From Octopus sinensis (taxonomy: Eukaryota), in assembly GCF_006345805.1 (NCBI RefSeq), contig NW_021829503.1:1-5754 (forward strand): a DNA stretch of 5,754 nt, written 5' to 3'. Under the pieces are notes generated by a model. The model had not been told where the DNA came from. It worked only from the letters and a program-made list of their open reading frames with translations, and did no database searches. A program made the translations under genes and the position numbers. Positions 1 through 5,624 of the stretch are shown piece by piece. How positions within the stretch are numbered: the stretch's first letter is position 1; each line of letters starts with the position of its first letter.

Positions 1-135
1 ATATATGTGTGTGTGTATATATAACCCTAACCCGAAACGTAATAATATATATCATACACAAACTATATATGAATATATGTGTCAATGTATATTGCATATA
101 CGTATATATATATATATATATATATTACACACAAA
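1..135. repeat. Low-complexity TA/CA/TG microsatellite-rich sequence
   Basis: Interrupted (TA)n, (TG)n and (CA)n runs, e.g. (TA)n at ~103-124. Confidence 0.75.
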
Positions 136-224
136 CACGGCGAAACTTAAGTCGCACGAGCCAAATCAACTGTCTAAAATAGTAATAAAAGGGGTTTCAA
201 TAAGATATACTTTATATATCGTCA

Positions 225-380
225 TTCAGTCGTTAAACTGCAGCACAGCCCTGAGGAATTTTCAGTCGGATGGATTGACACTAGTACTTATATTTTGTTA
301 AACCTGGTACTTATTCGATAGGTTTCTTTGACTAAGAGGATAAGCTACGATAACGTAGACACACCAACACCGGTTTCCAG
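225..380 (-). mobile_element. Composite tRNA-SINE copy 1, diverged 3' portion
   Basis: TTCAGTCGTTAAACTGCAG...GGTACTTATTCGATAGG...ACACCAACACCGGTT aligns, with many substitutions and a deletion, to 1786-1935 (TTCAGCCATTTGACTGCGG...AGTACTTATTCTATCGG...GCACCAGCATCGGTT). Confidence 0.75.
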
Positions 381-386
381 TTGAGC

Positions 387-461
387 TGGCAGAAACGTTA
401 GCACGCCGGGCGAAATGCTTTGCGGTATTTCGTCTGTCGTTACGCTGTGAGTTCAAATTCC
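387..461 (+). promoter_or_regulatory. Internal RNA polymerase III (type 2) promoter, A box + B box, of the arrayed SINE
   Basis: A-box-like TGGCAGAAACG (387-397) and B-box-like GTTCAAATTCC (451-461), compared with tRNA consensus TRGCNNARYGG and GGTTCRANYCC; both are imperfect matches. Confidence 0.55.
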
Positions 462-1346
462 GCTAAGGTCGACTTTGCCTTTCATCCTTTCGGGGTCGAT
501 AAATTAAGTACCAGTTACGCACTGGGGTTGTCGATGTAATCGACTAAATACCTATGTCTGTCCTTGTTTGTCCCCTCTAAGTTTAGCCCCTTTTTGGGTA
601 ATAAAGAAATAGGTATTTCGTCTGTGTTACGTTCTGAGTTCAAATTCCGCCGAGGTCGACTTTGCCTTTCATCCTTTCGGGGTCGATAAATTAAGTACTA
701 GTTACGCACTGGGGTCGATGTAATCGACTTAATACCTATGTCTGTCCTTGTTTGTCCCCTCTAAGTTTAGCCCCTTTTGGGTAATAAAGAAATAGGTATT
801 TCGTCTGTGTTACGTTCTGAGTTCAAATTTGGCCGAGGTCGACTTTGCCTTTCATCCTTTCGGGGTCGATAAATTAAGTACTAGTTACGCACTGGGGTCG
901 ATGTAATCGACTAAATACCTATGTCTGTCCTTGTTTGTCCCCTCTGTGTTTAGCCCCTTGTGGGTAATAATGAAATAGGTATTTCGTCTGTCGTTACGCT
1001 GTGAGTTCTAATTCCGCCGAGGTCGACTTTGCCTTTCATCCTTTCGGGGTCGATAAATTAAGTACCAGTTACGCACTGGGGTTGTCGGTGTAATCGACTT
1101 AATACCTATGTCTGTCCTTGTTTGTCCCCTCTGTGTTTAGCCCCTTGTGGGTAATAATGAAATAGGTATTTCGTCTGTCGTTACGCTGTGAGTTCTAATT
1201 CCGCCGAGGTCGACTTTGCCTTTCATCCTTTCGGGGTCGATAAATTAAGTACCAGTTACGCACTGGGGTCGATGTAATCGACTTAATGCCTATGTCTGTC
1301 CTTGTTTGTCCCATCTGTTTAGCCCCTTGTGGGTAATAAAGAAATA
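424..1346 (+). repeat. Tandem array of five 182-188 bp units
   Basis: Units start with GGTATTTCGTCTG at 424, 612, 795, 978 and 1165 (lengths 188, 183, 183, 187, 182) and end in GAAATA; they differ at about ten small sites. Confidence 0.97.
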
Positions 1347-1350
1347 GGTA

Positions 1351-1502
1351 CTTGTAAATAGACTGACACAACGACACACACATAATGAGATGTATACGTA
1401 TATATAGCACGGGCTTCTTTCAGTTTTCGTCTACCAAATCCACTCAACCGAGGCAACGGTAGAAGACATATGCCTAATGTGCCACGCAGTGGCATTAAAC
1501 CC
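1351..1502 (-). mobile_element. Composite tRNA-SINE copy 1, remaining 5' portion (A-box region missing, internal deletion)
   Basis: ACGGGCTTCTTTCAGTTTTCGTCTACCAAATCCACTCA...GTAGAAGACATATGCC...GTGCCACGCAGTGG (1409-1502) matches 2002-2110 with a ~15-nt deletion; 1361-1408 resembles the GACAAACACAGACACAC/(TA)n linker at 1953-2000. Confidence 0.8.
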
Positions 1503-1556
1503 ATTCAGTATATACATACATGCACACACACACACATGTGTATATGCATGTATGTG

Positions 1557-1621
<65 letters not shown>

Positions 1622-1760
1622 GGTATGTCATGTGTATATATTTTATATGTAACACACTCACACACAAGCACACATATATAATGTGGATATGTGATATGTA
1701 TATATGTGTGTGTGTGTGTATATATGTATATATACGTACGTATATATAGATATATATATA
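1503..1760. repeat. Compound microsatellite including a pure alternating TA run of 57 nt (1562-1618)
   Basis: Direct reading; also (CA)n and (TG)n blocks. Confidence 0.95.
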
Positions 1761-2163
1761 TACTCCTTTTACTCTTTTTACTTGTTTCAGCCATTTGACT
1801 GCGGCCATGCTGGAGCACCGCCTTTAGTCGAGCAAATCGACCCAGGACTTATTCTTTGTAAGCCCAGTACTTATTCTATCGGTCTCTTTTGTCGAACCGC
1901 TAAGTGACGGGGACGTAAACGCACCAGCATCGGTTATCAAGCAATGCTAGGGGAACAAACACAGACACACAAACTTATATATATATATATACATATATAC
2001 GACAGGCTTCTTTCAGTTTCCGTCTACCAAATCCACTCACAAGGCATTGGTCGGCCCGGGGCTATACCAGAAGACACTTGCCCAAGGTGCCACGCAGTGG
2101 GACTGAACCCGGAACCATGTGGTTGGTAAGCAAGCTACTTACCACACAGCCGTTCCTGCGCCT
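1761..2163 (-). mobile_element. Composite tRNA-SINE copy 2, apparently full length (~400 bp): tRNA-like head, short internal (TA)n, body, LINE-derived tail
   Basis: The minus strand begins AGGCGCAGGAACGGCTGTGTGGTAAG (A-box-like, 2152-2142), has B-box-like GGTTCAGTCCC (2109-2099) and CORE-like CCTTGGGCAAGTGTCTT, contains no T4 run, and ends in (GAGTAAAA)-like repeats at 1761-1782. It is colinear with 2647-3696. Confidence 0.9.
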
Positions 2164-2174
2164 ATATACATATG

Positions 2175-2210
2175 TATACGACGGGCTTCTTTCAGTTTCC
2201 GTCTACCAAA
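2175..2210 (-). mobile_element. 36-bp fragment of the composite SINE
   Basis: TATACGACGGGCTTCTTTCAGTTTCCGTCTACCAAA matches 1996-2031 with one mismatch. Confidence 0.9.
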
Positions 2211-2219
2211 TATATATAT

Positions 2220-2492
2220 ATAGTGCCAAAGATTCCAACTTTACCATCAAAATACAGGTCCAGACACTGCAACAGCTTGGGTTTCAGAGGACCACAGCTC
2301 TTTAACATCCTCCCTAAATGCCTGAGAGACTTGCATGGTGTGGACGTGGGTTTCTTTAAAACTGAACTGGATCTCTTCTTGTCGGGAGTCCCAGATGAAC
2401 CTACCTCACGACAGGACACGCGGATGCGGGCAGCAGCATCGAACTCCCTTGTTGATCAAGCGCTACGTATCAGAAGTGGATTCACATATTAG
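2220..2492 (+). pseudogene. C-terminal 90 codons of a LINE ORF2 (downstream of the RT domain); no authentic start
   Basis: IVPKIPTLPSKYRSRHCNSLGFRGPQLFNILPKCLRDLHGVDVGFFKTELDLFLSGVPDEP...RAAASNSLVDQ...* carries the FN.LP..LR......FK..LD.FL pattern typical of the C-terminal conserved region of CR1-group ORF2. The Met at 2172 in the ORF track lies in SINE/microsatellite sequence. Confidence 0.8.
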
Positions 2493-2560
2493 TGTAGCTC
2501 ATTCAGCGGCGGTGCCCCAGCATGGCCGCGGCCTTCGGGCTAAAACATTTTTAAGGATTT
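2220..2560 (+). mobile_element. 5'-truncated LINE (non-LTR retrotransposon) 3' end, CR1/L2 group
   Basis: C-terminal ORF2-type peptide followed by a short 3' UTR with stem-loops; flanked on both sides by (TA)n. Assignment within the CR1/L2/Crack/Daphne group is uncertain. Confidence 0.82.
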
Positions 2561-2646
2561 ATATATATATATATATATTATATGTATGTGTGTGTGTGTG
2601 TGTATATATATATTATATATATATACACATGCACACACACACACAT
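2561..2646. repeat. Compound (TA)n-(TG)n-(TA)n-(CA)n microsatellite, imperfectly self-complementary
   Basis: Direct reading. Confidence 0.9.
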
Positions 2647-2816
2647 AGTCGCAGGAGTGACTGTGTAGTAAAGAAGATTGCTTTCTAAGTACATGGTTGC
2701 GGGTTCAGTCCTACTGCGTGGCACCTTGGGCAAGTGTCTTCTACTATAGCCCCGGGCCGACCAAAGCCTTGTGCGTGGATTTGGTAGACGGAAACTGAAA
2801 GAAACCCGTCGTATAC

Positions 2817-2847
<31 letters not shown>

Positions 2848-3696
2848 CGTACGTACATACATACATACACACACACACGTACGTACGTACATACGTACGT
2901 ACGTACGTACATACATACATACACACACACACGTACGTACATACATACACATACGTACGTACGTACATACATGCATACATACATACATACACACATACAT
3001 ACATGCATATATACATACATGCATATATACATACATACATGCATGCATACATGCATACATACATACATACATACACACATACACACACACATACATACAT
3101 ATATACATACATATACACATACATGCATACATACATACATATACACATACATGCATACATACATACATACATGCATATATACATACATACATACATGCAT
3201 ACATACATACATACATACATACACACACACGTACATACATACATGCATACATACCACATATACATACATACATACATATACACATACATACATACATACA
3301 TATACACATACATACATACATACATACATATACACACATACATACATACATACATACACACACACATACATACATACATACATGCATACATACACACATA
3401 CATACATGCATACATACATATACACATACATACATACATACATACATATACACATACATACATACATACATACATATATGTGTGTGGGTGCGCGCAAACG
3501 TGTTAGTTATCTAAGCAGCATTTGACAACCGATGCTGGTGTGTTTACGCCCCCGTCTGCTAGCGGTTCGGCAAAGGAGACTAACAGAATAAGTGCTAGGC
3601 TTAGAAAGAATAAGTCGTGGGGGCGATTTGTTCGACTAAAGGTGGTGCTCCAGCATAGCCGCAGTCAAATGACTAAGAACAAGTGAAAGAATAAAA
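2647..3696 (+). mobile_element. Composite tRNA-SINE copy 3 with a greatly expanded internal microsatellite
   Basis: Head/core 2647-2815 is ~88% identical (about 20 differences in 168, manual count) to the reverse complement of 1996-2163. Body/tail 3500-3696 (TTGACAACCGATGCTGGTG...CAGTCAAATGACT...AAGTGAAAGAATAAAA) matches the reverse complement of 1761-1965. Confidence 0.85.
2816..3486. repeat. (ACAT)n-based microsatellite with ACGT, GCAT, ATAT and ACAC variant blocks
   Basis: Direct reading; source of the H/T/Y/I and M/C/V/Y pseudo-ORFs. Confidence 0.97.
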
Positions 3697-3699
3697 TTT

Positions 3700-3870
3700 G
3701 CGTGCGTGTGTGTATATCGAGCTTCTCTCAGTATGTGTGTGTGTGCATGTGTATATATATATATAGTGTGTGTGTGCGCGCATGTGTGTGTGTATATATA
3801 TATATGTGTGTGTGTGTGGTGTGTGCATGTGTATATATATATAGTGTGTGTGCGCGCGCGCATGTGTGTG

Positions 3871-3904
<34 letters not shown>

Positions 3905-3929
3905 CATGTGTATATATATAGTGTGTGTG

Positions 3930-3961
<32 letters not shown>

Positions 3962-4013
3962 GTATGTGTATATATATATAGTGTGTGTGTGCGCGCGCAT
4001 GTGTGTGTATATG

Positions 4014-4060
<47 letters not shown>

Positions 4061-4066
4061 ATACAT
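3700..4066. repeat. Higher-order compound microsatellite, about four units of (GT)n-GCATGTG-(TA)n-AG-(TG)n-(CG)n-CATG-(TG)n-(TA)n
   Basis: Phase-breaking AG dinucleotides recur at 3765, 3843, 3920 and 3980 (spacings 78, 77, 60). Confidence 0.9.
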
Positions 4067-4356
4067 GACGAGCTTCTTTCAGTATATATTTATACATACA
4101 TAAATATATACACATATTCTGTATATATTTTATTATATAATATTATATATAGATATATGTATATATAATTGCAGTATGAAACAGTGTTTATGTATAAACA
4201 GACGACATTTATATATAGTTATTAATAAATGTATGCATCCGTTTAAAAGAAAAACCAAAAAATATTTTATTCTTTATAAATGTTGTGTTGAAAATAACAT
4301 TTTCTTTTAAGAATGTGTATATAACGAAGTATGTGTATATAACTACGTGGCTTATA

Positions 4357-4858
4357 TCTATTATATATATAATAACTGTAGTTGTGTGAGTGTCTGTCCC
4401 CTCGATTTAGATTCCTAACTACTCCCACCTTTTGCGGGCAGTTTAAACCAAATTCGGGTATCTTATAGTCGTGATTCATATCGAGCCCTTCTGGTATTAG
4501 TGCGCGTCTACGATGAGTCTACGATGTAAAAAAAATTACCATCATTTTTTATTCCATTTTAATGCATAATTTTTCGTGTGTCGATGGCGGCGGAGTTGGC
4601 GTCCACGCTCACAGATGCACCTGTTTGCTTCTCCCCCTTCCCTCCCTCGTGAAGCTGTGGGGAAGGGAGTGTAAAGAAATCAAAGTGTAATGCGTTGTGA
4701 AGGAAACCAGCGTTCTTTTAGAACAACGACTTCATGGCTTGAAGACACCAAAACAAAAATGGCTAAGAAAGCCCGAATTTATAAGGAAGTAACTCTCTAA
4801 AAATGCTTATATAGTTAGTTCCCTTACAAACCCGTGCAACGCCGGGCGATACTGCTAG
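4357..4858 (+). mobile_element. Non-autonomous Helitron, copy 1
   Basis: 5' A|TCTATTATATATATAATAACTGTAG; 3' hairpin CCCGTGCAACGCCGGG (4831-4846), 8 nt spacer, CTAG (4855-4858). These are canonical Helitron termini; no RepHel ORF. Confidence 0.88.
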
Positions 4859-5624
4859 CTATATTATAAAAACGTAGTTGTGTGAGTGTGTCCCCTTCGA
4901 TTTAGATTCCTAACTACTCCACATTTTGCGGTGCAGTTTAACCAAAACCGGGTATCTTATAGTCGTGATTCATATCGAGCCTTCGGGTATTAGCGCGCGT
5001 CTACGATGATCTACGCTTTTAAAAATAATTACCATCATGTTTTTCCATTTTAATGCATTTTTTCGCAATTATATAAGGGAAGTAACTCTCTGAAAATGTC
5101 TACGATGAGTCAACGATTTAAAAAAAAATTTACCATAACTTTTTTTCCATTTTTAATGCATTTTTCTGCTATTTTTTGGCTATAACATACATAAATACAT
5201 ACAGTTGAACCAAAACCGGGTATCTTATAGTCGTGATTCATATCGAGCCCTTCTGGGTATTAGCGCGCGTCTACGATGAGTCTACGATCTTAAAAAAGAT
5301 TTGCCATCATTTTTTTCCTTTTAATGCATTTTTTCGCTATTATATAAGGGATGTAACTCTCTAGAAATATCTATGATGTGTCAACGATTTTTAAAAAAAA
5401 TTACCATCAATTTTTTCCATTTTAATGCATTTTTTCGCTATTATATAAGGGAAGTAACTCTCTAAAAATATCTACGATGAGTCAACGAATTAAAAAAAAA
5501 TTTACCTTAATTTTTTTTCCCATTTGTAATGCATTTTTTTGCTATTGTTTGGCTATAACTCTCTAAAAATGCTTATGTAGTTATTTCCCTTACAAACCCG
5601 AACAACGCCGGGCGATACTGCTAG
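4859..5624 (+). mobile_element. Non-autonomous Helitron, copy 2 (same family), with internal tandem repeats
   Basis: 5' CTATATTATAAAAACGTAGTTGTGTGAG is homologous to the copy 1 start; 3' hairpin CCCGAACAACGCCGGG (5597-5612), 8 nt spacer, CTAG (5621-5624), then T. The pair sits between A4356 and T5625 with no TSD. Confidence 0.9.
5000..5570 (+). repeat. Five ~100-bp subunits inside Helitron copy 2, in two blocks
   Basis: TCTA(C/T)GATG starts at 5000, 5099, 5270, 5370 and 5471; block 4934-5186 is repeated from 5202 with one extra subunit. Confidence 0.92.

Larger units (their letters stand above)
381..1350 (+). mobile_element. Second tRNA-derived SINE family: one head followed by five tandem body units
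   Basis: Head 381-423 with A-box-like TGGCAGAAACG (387-397); B-box-like AGTTCAAATTCC at 450-461; no T4 run until 591. The central GGTCGACTTTGCCTTTCATCCTTTCGGGGTCGATAAATTAAGTACCAG resembles, from memory, the conserved Meta/MESC-type SINE central domain (not verified). Confidence 0.8.

Noticed and set aside
22-33. (TAACCC)2 telomere-like repeat
   Set aside because: Only two units inside low-complexity DNA; not enough for an interstitial telomere.
5-301. 98-aa ORF
   Set aside because: Low-complexity sequence running into a SINE remnant; no recognisable protein features.
381-470. Functional tRNA gene (also at 2090-2163 and 2647-2720)
   Set aside because: A/B-box-like motifs only; no complete cloverleaf, and each continues into SINE body sequence.
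424-1346. CRISPR-like interpretation of the array
   Set aside because: Whole 182-188 bp units are near-identical with no unique spacers, there are no cas genes, and the context is eukaryotic.
424-1346. Hammerhead ribozyme in the array (retrozyme)
   Set aside because: No CUGANGA...GAAA core found by eye; other ribozyme classes would need an Infernal/Rfam scan.
1195-2688. Short ORFs at 1195-1410, 1319-1504, 1431-1808, 1495-1818, 1704-1907, 1944-2129, 2078-2305, 2192-2419, 2335-2688
   Set aside because: Translations of SINEs and microsatellites, or alternative frames and antisense of the LINE fragment.
2578-4168. Long H/T/Y/I- and M/C/V/Y-rich ORFs (106-297 aa)
   Set aside because: Alternating purine-pyrimidine repeats are largely free of stop codons, so open frames on both strands are an arithmetic artefact.
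4267-4479. 70-aa minus-strand ORF
   Set aside because: Spans the Helitron 5' boundary and AT-rich flank; no Rep or helicase motifs.
5360-5364. Internal CTAG as an alternative Helitron end
   Set aside because: Point variant of CTCTAAAAAT with no upstream GC hairpin.
5472-5492. Minimal-hammerhead-like ACGATGAGTCAACGAAT in the 100-bp subunits
   Set aside because: Resembles CUGAUGA-G-N4-C-GAAA but lacks the essential C3 (needed to pair with G8) and the GAAA; other subunits read GATT.
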